Shown piece by piece: positions 29,491 to 38,910 of a DNA stretch of 64,000 nt; within the stretch, counting starts at the first letter, position 1; every line of letters begins with the position of its first letter. This DNA comes from a virus. The stretch covers positions 28,042 to 92,041 of IMG/VR virus record IMGVR_UViG_3300016472_001104; one strand, written 5' to 3'. The notes under the pieces are model-generated. The model saw only the letters and a list, made by a program, of their open reading frames with translations, was not told the origin of the DNA and did not search any database. The translations under genes were made by a program, and so were the position numbers.

Positions 29491-29994
29491 ATGAAAATCA
29501 CTAAGACACAGTTACAGACAATAATCCGTGAAGAGTACGTCAAGGTATTGTTTGAATCACAGGGCAAAAAGATTTCTCAATCCCAGGCAAAGATCTTGGC
29601 TGAGAATCTTGAAGAAGGAATTTGGGATTCAATTGGAAAAGGAATCGAAGCCTATAAGTCATCTAGGGCTGAAGAAAAATCAGCTCAACAAATACAGAAG
29701 AATAAAAGCGCAGTTGAAAAAACTAAAAAAGATTTAAGACGCAACATTGGTACGATTCGCGAGCAAGCAAAAGACATACTACGAAAACACGGATTTGTAG
29801 GCCCTAACGAAACCGGAGTTTATCTTTTTGAGGATGCTGCATTAGAAATTTTAGGATTTAATGAAGACCTGAAAAGGGAAGCTCTTGGTCTATTAAGGGG
29901 TAGTAGAAAATTGCCTTCAAAGGACGAGTCTGGAGCTGAAGTTGAATCTGGCGGGTATCAACCCGGTATGGGAATGTTTGGATCAAGACGATAA
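29491..29994 (+). CDS. Hypothetical protein with shared N-terminal motif
   Basis: MKITKTQLQTIIREEY; internal NLEEG. Confidence 0.7.
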   Translation: MKITKTQLQTIIREEYVKVLFESQGKKISQSQAKILAENLEEGIWDSIGKGIEAYKSSRAEEKSAQQIQKNKSAVEKTKKDLRRNIGTIREQAKDILRKHGFVGPNETGVYLFEDAALEILGFNEDLKREALGLLRGSRKLPSKDESGAEVESGGYQPGMGMFGSRR

Positions 29995-30018
29995 CAAAAT
30001 TTTAAGTAAAGATACTTG

Positions 30019-30046
30019 CAACGCTTTTACTCATGTAAAAGCGTTG
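30019..30046. terminator. Intergenic stem-loop
   Basis: CAACGCTTTTAC-TCAT-GTAAAAGCGTTG perfect 12-bp stem. Confidence 0.6.
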
Positions 30047-30070
30047 TGTTGTTTATAATATCTAAAAATC

Positions 30071-30490
30071 ATGACTGACGAAGAAGATCTTCAACTATGT
30101 CAAAAATATCCAAAGATCTTTAAACATCGCAATGAATCTATTATGGAAACATGCATGGCATGGGGTTTTGAGTGTGGATCTGGATGGTATAACATCATTG
30201 ATACACTATGTTATCAAATTCAACAACATGTTGACTGGAAATCTAAGAATCTTTCAGAAGAAGAAAAAGAATCTTTTCAAGTCATTGCCGATCAAGTGAA
30301 AGAAAAGTTTGGAACGCTTAGGTTCTATTATCACGGTGGTGATGATTTTGTCGAAGGTCTTGTTAACATGGCCGAATCAATGTCATCATTGACATGCGAA
30401 AGGTGTGGATCTCCAGGTATAAAAAGAACCAAGGGATGGATTGTTACGTTGTGTGATTCTTGCAATGATAAAAAGGAAATTCAAGGATGA
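30071..30490 (+). CDS. Hypothetical phage protein with C-terminal Zn ribbon
   Basis: GFECGSGWY, QVKEKFGTLRFY, TCERCG...LCDSC. Confidence 0.75.
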   Translation: MTDEEDLQLCQKYPKIFKHRNESIMETCMAWGFECGSGWYNIIDTLCYQIQQHVDWKSKNLSEEEKESFQVIADQVKEKFGTLRFYYHGGDDFVEGLVNMAESMSSLTCERCGSPGIKRTKGWIVTLCDSCNDKKEIQG

Positions 30491-31320
30491 AATTAGCGTG
30501 GGCAACGGATCTACACCTTGACATGGCTGGTGACTTATTGGGAAAAATCAACCAGCTTTCAGTTTCATCAAAGGATTGTGATGCGGTTCTTCTCACTGGT
30601 GACATTTCAATTTCAAATTTTGTCGTCCAACATCTTTCAATGTTGGAAACGATGTTAGAGAAACCCATCTATTTTGTGTTAGGAAATCATGACTACTACG
30701 GTTCAAGCTTCAATATCGTTAGAAAAAACGTTGTTGACCTGTGTCGTTCTTCTTCATACCTCAGGTACATGACGGCAACACCATACATTAAACTTGGTGA
30801 TGGCAAATACCTTGTGGGACACGATGGTTGGTATGATGCCCAGAATGGAAATCCTCACGGTAATTCGATATTCATGAATGATTGGATGCAGATATCGAAT
30901 TATAATTCAGCACTACGAGGATCGTATGGAGGATTTGGAATCAATAAAAACGTCATCATTGACATATCACGTAGGTTGGCTCAGGACTCTGTGAATCACA
31001 TTGCAAATGCAATTAAGGCCGTGATAAAGAATAGTGAGCACATTGTTGTTATGACACACGTTCCTCCTTTTCGTGAATCTTTCAACGCTGCTGACAAATA
31101 TAAGGGAGTGTCTGTCATGGAAGTCATTCCATGGTACACGTCAAAGATTATGGGTGATACGTTGATTGCTGCTGCGAAGGCGTATCCTGGAGTCAAATTT
31201 ACAGTTCTTTCTGGACACGTTCACAGTCATTATGATGACGATCTTTTGAACAACCTAAATGTGAAAGTTGGCCGTGCAATTTATGGGAATCCGCAGTTGG
31301 CAAATAAGCTATCAATTTAA
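30487..31320 (+). CDS. Calcineurin-like metallophosphoesterase
   Basis: TDLH, TGDIS, GNHDYY, THVPP, GHVH. Confidence 0.9.
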   Translation: MKLAWATDLHLDMAGDLLGKINQLSVSSKDCDAVLLTGDISISNFVVQHLSMLETMLEKPIYFVLGNHDYYGSSFNIVRKNVVDLCRSSSYLRYMTATPYIKLGDGKYLVGHDGWYDAQNGNPHGNSIFMNDWMQISNYNSALRGSYGGFGINKNVIIDISRRLAQDSVNHIANAIKAVIKNSEHIVVMTHVPPFRESFNAADKYKGVSVMEVIPWYTSKIMGDTLIAAAKAYPGVKFTVLSGHVHSHYDDDLLNNLNVKVGRAIYGNPQLANKLSI

Positions 31321-31336
31321 TTATTATCAGGGCGGT

Positions 31337-31867
31337 ATGAAAAGATCGCTGTTATTAAACTCAAACGGAGAACCTTTACAATTCATCAGTGAGGTAAGGG
31401 CAATCAAATTGATGCTTAGCGGCCGCGCTGATCCTCAAAGCGGGCTTAGTGGAGCACCATCATACTGGGATGATGAATACAAAAGTTGTAGCTATAGCTT
31501 TAAGCTTCCTGCAGTGTTAAGATTAAAAAGATACATTAGCAGAAAAATAGACAGAAACCCACCAAGGTTTCAAAAAAGGGTACTATTCAATAGAGATTCT
31601 TGGTGTTGTCAGTATTGCGGAATAAACCTTAGCTATTCTGCTATAACCATTGATCATGTTGTTCCTGTTTGCAAAGGTGGACCAACGACGTGGTTCAACT
31701 GTGTTGCAGCTTGCAAACCTTGCAACAGAAAAAAAGGAGGAAAGACGCTTGAAGAATCTGGGTTGCACCTCTCAAAGAGACCCATAGAACCTTCTGCTCT
31801 TCACTTTTGGGACATATCAAAATCATCTGTGTGGCACGATGATTGGACAATGTTTGTAAACGTTTAA
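31337..31867 (+). CDS. HNH endonuclease (McrA/HNH_5-like)
   Basis: RDSWCCQYCG, TIDHVVP...GG...NCVAACKPCNRKKG. Confidence 0.88.
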   Translation: MKRSLLLNSNGEPLQFISEVRAIKLMLSGRADPQSGLSGAPSYWDDEYKSCSYSFKLPAVLRLKRYISRKIDRNPPRFQKRVLFNRDSWCCQYCGINLSYSAITIDHVVPVCKGGPTTWFNCVAACKPCNRKKGGKTLEESGLHLSKRPIEPSALHFWDISKSSVWHDDWTMFVNV

Positions 31868-31931
31868 TATATTAGACATCGTTTACAAAACAGCATTCGT
31901 CATAAATAGTTATGCTAGGAGTTTTTTGCCC

Positions 31932-33011
31932 ATGCGTTTGAAGTTATCTGATCTACAGAGAGTCGTAAAAGAGACTTTGCACGAAAAAAAACGTAACGAC
32001 GTTTTTTGTGATGAAATTAAAAAGGCATTTGGTCCGTCTGTCGTCATCAAAGAAGATCTTGCTTCTCTTGCTGAATCTGCAAACGAGCACTTGGATGTTT
32101 TGGAATATAAAGGCCAATTGAACACCGTCAATTTTTCTCAAAAAATTGCAAGGGTCATGTCGAATCACGAATTGGCCGACGTGCGGAAGCTTGCAGCCAG
32201 GTTGTTACCTGAAGGTACGACGTCATCACTTCTCCTTGATAAAAGTGAAAAGGTCAGGTATGCAGCGTCAAAAAGGGCATCTGTCACAGAGTTAAAGACT
32301 GCGTTAAGGAAGTTTCCTAATGATGTCGTTCTTCGTGAGGCGCTTGAAACTCGCAGGATGTCTGAGACAAAAAATGCCTTAGAATCAGCCGCAACAGACG
32401 ATAAGGTTGACATGTTGAGTGAGGAATGGTACACAAGCGTTGCAAGGAAACTGATACAGGATTATGGAAGGACGCTTGATACCACATGGAAAAATTCCGC
32501 GGTAAAAACATTCTGTTCATCATCAAGATCTGTAACAAGGTTACCCATTGATTCTGAGAAGCTGTTGGGTAAGATCAATGAACTTCTTGATGAGTATGAA
32601 ATCAATCGTGCAAAAGAATTGGGCCTGTCGCTGAAGGAAGGTCTAGTGTTAAGCGAAGGTTTTTCTGACGATGAGGAAGAAGTCGATCCAGTTTTGGAGA
32701 TGGTTAATGAGGGTTTAACTCCACAGGAATTCATTGATCGCTTTAAAGACGTTGCGAACGTAAAGTTTGCAGTGCTACCTCCGTCCATCATGAAATACAA
32801 GATCAGGGAAGGTCTTTCATTACAAAAAATTCCAGTTTCATGCACGCTGCCTCACGGTGGTGCCCCAAGAAGGATTGATGAGGTTGCGTTGGATTCTTTT
32901 GTGAAGCATTGGAATGAAAAGCAAAAGATCAAGGGTGAACCATTTAGGATGTCTTGGACACAACATCCTGATTCTCAAGATAAGATCAGCTTTAAGTTGG
33001 AGTTGAAGTGA
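31932..33011 (+). CDS. Hypothetical protein with shared N-terminal motif and HEAT-like segments
   Basis: MRLKLSDLQRVVKETL; DVRKLAARLL and KVRYAAS; ATAGTTA and AGGAG upstream. Confidence 0.65.
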   Translation: MRLKLSDLQRVVKETLHEKKRNDVFCDEIKKAFGPSVVIKEDLASLAESANEHLDVLEYKGQLNTVNFSQKIARVMSNHELADVRKLAARLLPEGTTSSLLLDKSEKVRYAASKRASVTELKTALRKFPNDVVLREALETRRMSETKNALESAATDDKVDMLSEEWYTSVARKLIQDYGRTLDTTWKNSAVKTFCSSSRSVTRLPIDSEKLLGKINELLDEYEINRAKELGLSLKEGLVLSEGFSDDEEEVDPVLEMVNEGLTPQEFIDRFKDVANVKFAVLPPSIMKYKIREGLSLQKIPVSCTLPHGGAPRRIDEVALDSFVKHWNEKQKIKGEPFRMSWTQHPDSQDKISFKLELK

Positions 33012-33571
33012 TGAAAAGAAAAAGACTTTCAGAGTCCGTTGAAATGATTTTGACGGTTGAACCAAATCTCAATGTTGTTCTTGAGAACATGCTGGCAGAG
33101 TGGGGAAACGTTCCGTATCCTCAACTTTCTGTAGCCCTTGTTCACCTGAAGTACCTCTATGCACTTCACCAGAATCATCATTGGACTGCAATGGGTGATT
33201 CGTATTATGGTGATCATCTTCTATTCCAAAGGTTATATGATGGAATTCTTAAGGAAATTGACACACTTGCTGAAAAATCGATAGGTCTAGGTTGTGTAGG
33301 AAACGTAGATTTGCACCTTCAACACAGTCAATTGCTAAGGTTGGTGACAGGTCAAGGATCGGCATCCATGATTCCACAGTCTTCTGATCTTGCAAAAAAA
33401 TCATTGATGGCCGAGATGAACTTTTTATCTGTCATGAAGCACCTTTGCGATTCTCTCAAAGAATGTGGATTGATGACACATGGCCTCGACAACCTGCTTG
33501 CAGGAATTGAGGATGCACACGAAGGTCACGTATACCTACTAAAACAGAGGATTTCAAGATCTCTGGTGTGA
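33011..33571 (+). CDS. Dps/ferritin-like protein
   Basis: HQNHHW...YGDHLLFQRLY...EIDTLAEK ferroxidase-centre pattern. Confidence 0.75.
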   Translation: MKRKRLSESVEMILTVEPNLNVVLENMLAEWGNVPYPQLSVALVHLKYLYALHQNHHWTAMGDSYYGDHLLFQRLYDGILKEIDTLAEKSIGLGCVGNVDLHLQHSQLLRLVTGQGSASMIPQSSDLAKKSLMAEMNFLSVMKHLCDSLKECGLMTHGLDNLLAGIEDAHEGHVYLLKQRISRSLV

Positions 33572-33579
33572 GGAAAATC

Positions 33580-34032
33580 ATGAGAATTACAACAACACAA
33601 CTTCGCCAAATTATTAAAGAGGAAGTTACAAAATTACAAGAACAAGTAGAAGATCCAGAAGATAAAGCATTAACTGATTTTTTGAATGTTGTTAGTGAAA
33701 GCTGGAAAAATTCAGAAGTGGGTCGGGTCTCTGGTAGGATTATTTGGGAAGGTCAAGTTGATGATGCGATTGCCGATTTAAAAGAAAAGATAAAGGAAAT
33801 TGTTTCTAGCATTTATAATAAACTCGAAAGAGGAAAATACAAACAAGGCCAATTAGACGTGCTAGGTATATTCAACAATCTATTAAAAAGATTTGGAAAA
33901 GTTTCTGTCGATGAATTGTCTTTTGGACTTGGGATGACAACAGATGATCTTATATCATCTGGTGATTTGGAGTTATCTGGTCTAGAAGTAATAGACGGTT
34001 ATGTTGTTAAAAAACGAGGAATAAGATTATGA
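33580..34032 (+). CDS. Hypothetical protein with shared N-terminal motif
   Basis: MRITTTQLRQIIKEEVTKLQE. Confidence 0.7.
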   Translation: MRITTTQLRQIIKEEVTKLQEQVEDPEDKALTDFLNVVSESWKNSEVGRVSGRIIWEGQVDDAIADLKEKIKEIVSSIYNKLERGKYKQGQLDVLGIFNNLLKRFGKVSVDELSFGLGMTTDDLISSGDLELSGLEVIDGYVVKKRGIRL

Positions 34033-34640
34033 AGATTACAACGCAACAATTACGTCTGATTATCAAAGAAGAGCTTGAAAAGCAAACACAAAGTGTGAAA
34101 GATCCAAACACTGGTAAAAGCTACGGAATTACCGTTGGAATTTCAGATCCAGTTTCACGTTCAATTCACCTCAGCTTTGGATCTGCATTTTCAATTACGT
34201 TGGCAAAAAAGGATGCGGAGAGATTAATTCAAGAAGTTCAATCAGTTTTGGCTGGGGTACCTGATGAAGATGATGAAGATAGACGACGTCATGATCTTTT
34301 ATCCTATTATGAAAACAGGTATGAAGAAGAAGTTCATGGTAGATCACCTCCCGCAGATGACTATGATTTGTTTATTGGACCACCTGAAAAAAGACTATCG
34401 ATTGAAGAGCTAGAAAAGTTTGTTAATGAATTTGATGAACCAGTTGTTCCCGGTTCTAAAAAGTCGTCACAACGAACTTCTTTTTCTGAGGATATTCTTT
34501 CATCGATCAGAAAAAAACTTGAATCAAAATCTGAACCAACCGGTCGTCGTCTATCAGAATCTCATGCACGTATTACCGAAGAAGAGATGAGGGCATGGTT
34601 AAGTGGTGACTGGGGATTTGTTTCAGAAGAAAACGAGTGA
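34029..34640 (+). CDS. Hypothetical protein with shared N-terminal motif
   Basis: MKITTQQLRLIIKEEL; 5' DNA similar to that of the preceding gene. Confidence 0.7.
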   Translation: MKITTQQLRLIIKEELEKQTQSVKDPNTGKSYGITVGISDPVSRSIHLSFGSAFSITLAKKDAERLIQEVQSVLAGVPDEDDEDRRRHDLLSYYENRYEEEVHGRSPPADDYDLFIGPPEKRLSIEELEKFVNEFDEPVVPGSKKSSQRTSFSEDILSSIRKKLESKSEPTGRRLSESHARITEEEMRAWLSGDWGFVSEENE

Positions 34641-34676
34641 TACATCAATACGTTTTTAGTATATCATTCTTATGAT

Positions 34677-35759
34677 ATGCAAAGAACACTGTGCTTTGAT
34701 GATGTCCTTCTTGTCCCGCAGTACTCAGACATTGAATCCCGATCCCTTGTAGATTTGTCAGTACCAGGCTTCGATGAAGAAGTCGCTAAGCTGACTAAAT
34801 CTCTTCCAGCTTTAACGTGTCCAATTGTTGGTTCTCCAATGGACACTGTCATCGGTCCTGCCGCCGCGGCGGTTCTCGATGATGTGGGAGGTTTTGCCGT
34901 TCTTCACAGATATTGCACTGTCGCTGATTCGGTAAAGATGTACCTTTCTGTCGTAGAAAAGAGGCGGCAACAAGGAAAAGAAAAAGTAAACGTGATGGTC
35001 GCGGTAGGGGCTACGGGAGACTATCTTGAACGTTCCTCTGTACTATATGAAGCGGGTTGTAGAGCTTTTTGTATCGATGTCGCGCACGGGCATCATGCCT
35101 CTGTCAAGGCAGCAATTACTGAAATGCGTTTGAAATTTGGCGATGATATTCACATCATGACGGGAAACGTAGCGACGCTCGAGGCGTTCAATGACCTCGC
35201 CGACTGGGGATCAAACTCGATCCGCGTCGGTGTCGGTGGAGGGTCCATGTGCTCGACGCGCATTCGAACAGGCCACGGAATTCCGACGCTTCAATCAGTG
35301 ATGGACTGTGCAAGGTCTGATCGAGACGTTTACCTCATCGCGGACGGGGGAATTAGAAACTCAGGCGACGTAGTTAAAGCCCTCGCTGCCGGAGCAGACA
35401 TGGTAATGCTTGGTTCGATCCTTGCGGGTCACGAGGAATCTCCCGGTGACCTGGTGGACAGCAAAGGGATGGTGTACACCTCTGCACCACCAGGGGTTCC
35501 TCTATTCAAGAGGTTTCGTGGAATGGCGTCGAGAGAAGCACAAATGCAGTGGAGGGGTCGCGTCTCTGTCGTCGAAGGTGAGGCAACGATGGTACCCTAC
35601 AAAGGGTCGATAAGGAACACTTTGACGGATCTTCTTGAGGGCGTCAGGTCAGGTTTGTCGTATTCAGGAGCCAGAAAGATTCGCGAGCTCCGATCTAGAG
35701 CTCGCTTTGTCACAGTGACGTCTAATGGGGTCATCGAAAATAGACCCCATGGTAAATGA
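34677..35759 (+). CDS. IMP dehydrogenase / GMP reductase family protein (no CBS domains)
   Basis: FDDVLLVP, SPMDTV, IDVAHGH, GVGGGSMCSTR, IADGGIRNSGD, FRGMAS. Confidence 0.88.
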   Translation: MQRTLCFDDVLLVPQYSDIESRSLVDLSVPGFDEEVAKLTKSLPALTCPIVGSPMDTVIGPAAAAVLDDVGGFAVLHRYCTVADSVKMYLSVVEKRRQQGKEKVNVMVAVGATGDYLERSSVLYEAGCRAFCIDVAHGHHASVKAAITEMRLKFGDDIHIMTGNVATLEAFNDLADWGSNSIRVGVGGGSMCSTRIRTGHGIPTLQSVMDCARSDRDVYLIADGGIRNSGDVVKALAAGADMVMLGSILAGHEESPGDLVDSKGMVYTSAPPGVPLFKRFRGMASREAQMQWRGRVSVVEGEATMVPYKGSIRNTLTDLLEGVRSGLSYSGARKIRELRSRARFVTVTSNGVIENRPHGK

Positions 35760-35770
35760 TCCGAATTAAA

Positions 35771-36070
35771 TCATTTTTCTGCAGGCCATTTTCCAGTGGC
35801 CTTGTGCATCATCCACGCCGCGGCGGCACCTGGATCGCTGGCCCATCCGGACACTTTTTTCATCTTTTGTTTGAAAGTCTTTGTTCCTCGAAGTATCTTT
35901 TGGGCTGTCTTCTTGCTTGGACCCTTACGTTTCTTTCTTTTCTTTCTTTTCTTTCTTTTCCCTTCGTTCATGTATCCGCATTCACAGACTTCATCTAACT
36001 CGCCACAAACTTCGCAAACCTCTTCATCCATTTCATTCATCGAACATTCACAAGGATCTTCTTCACACAT
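35771..36070 (-). CDS. Cys-rich / poly-basic hypothetical protein (possibly the frameshifted C-terminal half of 36063-36362)
   Basis: CEEDPCECSMNE...CEVCGELDEVCECG then (KRK)n; start uncertain. Confidence 0.55.
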   Translation of the reverse strand: MCEEDPCECSMNEMDEEVCEVCGELDEVCECGYMNEGKRKKRKKRKKRKGPSKKTAQKILRGTKTFKQKMKKVSGWASDPGAAAAWMMHKATGKWPAEK

Positions 36071-36362
36071 GCATGATTTTGCCCTCTGACATGCAACCAC
36101 ATGACGATCCAATAGACGGTGCCATCATCTTGCAAGAGTTACATACACCGTCATCTGATTCCTCAACATCATGAATGCACCCACAACGACCGTCTATCGG
36201 CATCATGCCGCAGTGCGGGCAGACAGTACCTAATTCGTTTTCTCTCATGTCTCTAACACCAACTGCACCAAACGTTGTGATCCCAGGAACTTCGCCTACC
36301 CTTGTTGGTTCAAGCGGGTCACCAAACATTTCAAGTAATTGCTTCTCTAGATTCTTTTTCAT
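36063..36362 (-). CDS. Cys-rich repeat hypothetical protein
   Basis: CPHCG...CGC and CNSCK...CGC repeats; ATATTTA 5 nt upstream on the minus strand. Confidence 0.6.
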   Translation of the reverse strand: MKKNLEKQLLEMFGDPLEPTRVGEVPGITTFGAVGVRDMRENELGTVCPHCGMMPIDGRCGCIHDVEESDDGVCNSCKMMAPSIGSSCGCMSEGKIMHV

Positions 36363-36395
36363 GGTACTAAATATCTTTGTGTGATAAATTATCTC

Positions 36396-36704
36396 ATGAC
36401 GGAACCGATGATTCTTGTGAATAATGTCCTTTTATACGCAACCGCGTTCATCTTGGGTTTTATCGTGGGAAGGATGACGGGAAAACCGTATTTAGGTGAT
36501 CCACGTATTGATCCCAAAGGTTCATTCTTCAATCCACAATTAAAACAAAAAAAGAATGTTGAGATTGATGAGAAGAGGTTTGTCACGACAGTCACGACAG
36601 ATTCCCTGGAGAAAAAGGGAAAAGATCTCGGAACAAAGACAACGGTCGATGACGATGTTGGTTCTTCGGTTTCAAAGCTTGCAATGCTGAAGAAGAATAA
36701 GTAG
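36396..36704 (+). CDS. Small membrane-anchored protein upstream of actin-like gene
   Basis: Hydrophobic N-terminal helix VLLYATAFILGFIVG and charged C-terminus. Confidence 0.65.
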   Translation: MTEPMILVNNVLLYATAFILGFIVGRMTGKPYLGDPRIDPKGSFFNPQLKQKKNVEIDEKRFVTTVTTDSLEKKGKDLGTKTTVDDDVGSSVSKLAMLKKNK

Positions 36705-36727
36705 TATATCTAAATTAGGAGAAAAAC

Positions 36728-37732
36728 ATGGCTAAAGGATTAGACGTAGGTACATCATTCATTGTCCTCGCAGAAGAGGGCTCAAAAGGTAAGGTCACAT
36801 ACAAGGACTTCAGGGACGCGTTCTACGTCATCAAACCCACGACTCCCATTGCGACGAAGATGATCGAGAAGGGTTTGGCCGGTAAAACATTCGTCAAGGA
36901 TGCCGATGGTTCTTTCATCATCTTAGGAAAGGACGCCATTGAAAAGGCGGTTGAACGTAATGACTCTGCAAAACGTCCCATGTATAAGGGTGTCGTATCA
37001 TCAAAAGAAAAAGATGCAAGGCGAATTCTGACATACATCCTCAAAGAGGTCGCAGGATCTCCCTCAGAACAAGGAGAGAAACTCGTCTTCTGCGTCCCGG
37101 CACAGCCTGTCGATCAAGAAGATGAGGACTTCGATGTCGGTTACCATGAGGACGTCATCGTCAAACTTCTCACCGAGGTCGGTTATTCAGCTCGTGCTAT
37201 CAACGAGGCCGAGGCTCTCTGTTATTCTGAGTTGGAGAAGGATGACTATACTGGTATCGCGCTGTCGTGGGGCGCAGGTATGGTCAACGTCTGCGTTATG
37301 TTGAACGGTGAGCCAGTCGTCACATTTTCTACGACAAAGTCTGGTGATTGGGTGGATCGCATGGCCGCTGTTGCAACAGGAGAAGCCGACTCAATTGTCC
37401 AGGCTGAAAAGGAACAAGGAGACTTTACGGTTGGTCAACCGAACGAAAACCAGGTCCTTGCCGCCGTGGCGTCCTACTATGATCGTCTCATAGATTATAC
37501 TACGAAGCAGCTCGCTTCATCAATGGACGGTCACAAATCCCTTCCAAAATTTAAGGATCCACTACCTGTGGTCGTGGCCGGCGGCACCTCAAAGGCAAAA
37601 GGATTCGTCGATCTGTTTGCTAAGAAATTGGATGAAAACGGGTTCCCTCTTCCTGTCAAAGAAGTCCGCCATGCAGCTGATCCTCTTCACGCGGTTGCTC
37701 GTGGATGTTTGATCGCAGCACAAATAATGTGA
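36728..37732 (+). CDS. Actin-fold ATPase (MreB/ParM/MamK-like)
   Basis: Phosphate-1 GLDVGTS, VFCVPA, connect-1 INEAEA, phosphate-2 SWGAGMVN, adenosine VVAGGTS, connect-2 AVARG; AGGAG RBS. Confidence 0.82.
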   Translation: MAKGLDVGTSFIVLAEEGSKGKVTYKDFRDAFYVIKPTTPIATKMIEKGLAGKTFVKDADGSFIILGKDAIEKAVERNDSAKRPMYKGVVSSKEKDARRILTYILKEVAGSPSEQGEKLVFCVPAQPVDQEDEDFDVGYHEDVIVKLLTEVGYSARAINEAEALCYSELEKDDYTGIALSWGAGMVNVCVMLNGEPVVTFSTTKSGDWVDRMAAVATGEADSIVQAEKEQGDFTVGQPNENQVLAAVASYYDRLIDYTTKQLASSMDGHKSLPKFKDPLPVVVAGGTSKAKGFVDLFAKKLDENGFPLPVKEVRHAADPLHAVARGCLIAAQIM

Positions 37733-37752
37733 TTCTATATTGAATTGAACAT

Positions 37753-37784
37753 GAAAGGCTCCTTCACGGGGCCTTTTCGTTTTT
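37753..37784 (+). terminator. Rho-independent terminator after actin-like gene
   Basis: GAAAGGCTCC-TTCAC-GGGGCCTTTTC followed by a T tract. Confidence 0.75.
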
Positions 37785-37839
37785 AAACTTTTGTTGTGCA
37801 AACCTGTTTGCCTGTAGATTACAATGCAAATAGGCAAAG

Positions 37840-37938
37840 ATGAGCGTAAAAGTTCCTTCACGATTTGTAGGGCTCCATTGTCACACAGGACGTTTGACAA
37901 GTATTTGTGTAAATTATTTGATTTGTTTTTTTGTGTAG
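37840..37938 (+). other. Mini-ORF A: upstream copy of DnaE N-terminus (PHP motif I)
   Basis: My translation: MSVKVPSRFVGLHCHTGRLTSICVNYLICFFV*; FVGLHxHTG matches PHP motif I and the second copy at 38911; below the ORF-track size cut-off. Confidence 0.7.
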
Positions 37939-37962
37939 TATAACCACAATGTGTATGTTGCC

Positions 37963-37978
37963 CCTACTTAATAGTAGG
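37963..37978 (+). promoter_or_regulatory. RBS-sequestering hairpin upstream of endonuclease gene
   Basis: CCTACT-TAAT-AGTAGG stem covers the AGG of the AGGTG RBS; overlaps a CTACTTA variant of the ATANTTA motif. Confidence 0.55.
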
Positions 37979-37984
37979 TGAACT

Positions 37985-38908
37985 ATGTTGATAAAAACAA
38001 TATGTGAAGTATGTAATACAGAATTTGAATTCAAAAAACAAAAGCCGTCGAAACCACCCAAAAGAGCCTGTTCTAAAGAGTGCTCTTATAAATTGAGAAT
38101 AAAAGTTAGATCAACTGTACACGATCCAATCGATAAGACGTGTGTGGATTGTGAGAAAACTTTTCAAGACACCACCAAAAAGAAACAGTCTGTTAGGTGC
38201 AATGATTGCATAAATTCCAACATGGTAAAAACCAGACATTTAAGAGGAAATTATGCAAGAACACCTGAACAAAATGCAAAAACAACCGCTTCTTTACTTA
38301 AGAAATATGAATTAGGTTGGGAACCCAATACACCTGAATCAAGATTAGAAACTTCTCTTAGGAACAAAAGACTTTGGTCTGATCCCGATTGGATAGAAAA
38401 AGTACGTAAAACATGTAGGAGTAAACGTGGCGTTGATCACTGGACACAGACTCCTGAGGCTCGTCTTTTCATTTCAAATATGAAAAAAGGTAAAAAATTA
38501 AGTGAAAAGGCGAAACAGAGAATGAGTGAGTCCGCGTCAAACAGGGTTAGAAACAAAAGAGAAAGCTTATACACGTCTGCAATTGGTGGAACCAGAGAAG
38601 ACTTGAAGGGCTACTTCAGGAGTAACTGGGAAGCAAATTTTGCCAGGGTGTTAAATTACCAAAATAAATCTTGGGAATATGAACCTTCTTCCTTCACGTT
38701 ATCTAATGGGAGGACATATACACCTGACTTCTTAAGTGAGAATGTTTACTATGAAATCAAGGGAAGGTTCACCGATGCCTGTAGAGAAAAGTTAGAACTT
38801 TTTAGGAGCGAATATCCAGACATTCAACTAGTATTGATAGACGGTGTAAAGTACGACGAGTTAAGATTACAGTATAAGAGTCTGATCCCTACTTGGGAAG
38901 GAAAATAA
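37985..38908 (+). CDS. Free-standing homing-endonuclease-like protein (Zn fingers + PD-(D/E)XK-like domain)
   Basis: CEVC...CSKEC, CVDC...CNDC, NUMOD3-like KGKKLSEKAKQRMS, C-terminal FRSNWEANF...YEP...YTPDF...YEIKG. Confidence 0.75.
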   Translation: MLIKTICEVCNTEFEFKKQKPSKPPKRACSKECSYKLRIKVRSTVHDPIDKTCVDCEKTFQDTTKKKQSVRCNDCINSNMVKTRHLRGNYARTPEQNAKTTASLLKKYELGWEPNTPESRLETSLRNKRLWSDPDWIEKVRKTCRSKRGVDHWTQTPEARLFISNMKKGKKLSEKAKQRMSESASNRVRNKRESLYTSAIGGTREDLKGYFRSNWEANFARVLNYQNKSWEYEPSSFTLSNGRTYTPDFLSENVYYEIKGRFTDACREKLELFRSEYPDIQLVLIDGVKYDELRLQYKSLIPTWEGK

Positions 38909-38910
38909 AC

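Noticed and set aside
31337-31867. HNH gene as a mobile homing endonuclease
   Set aside because: Compact McrA/HNH_5-type architecture with no extended DNA-binding tail, unlike the other endonuclease genes
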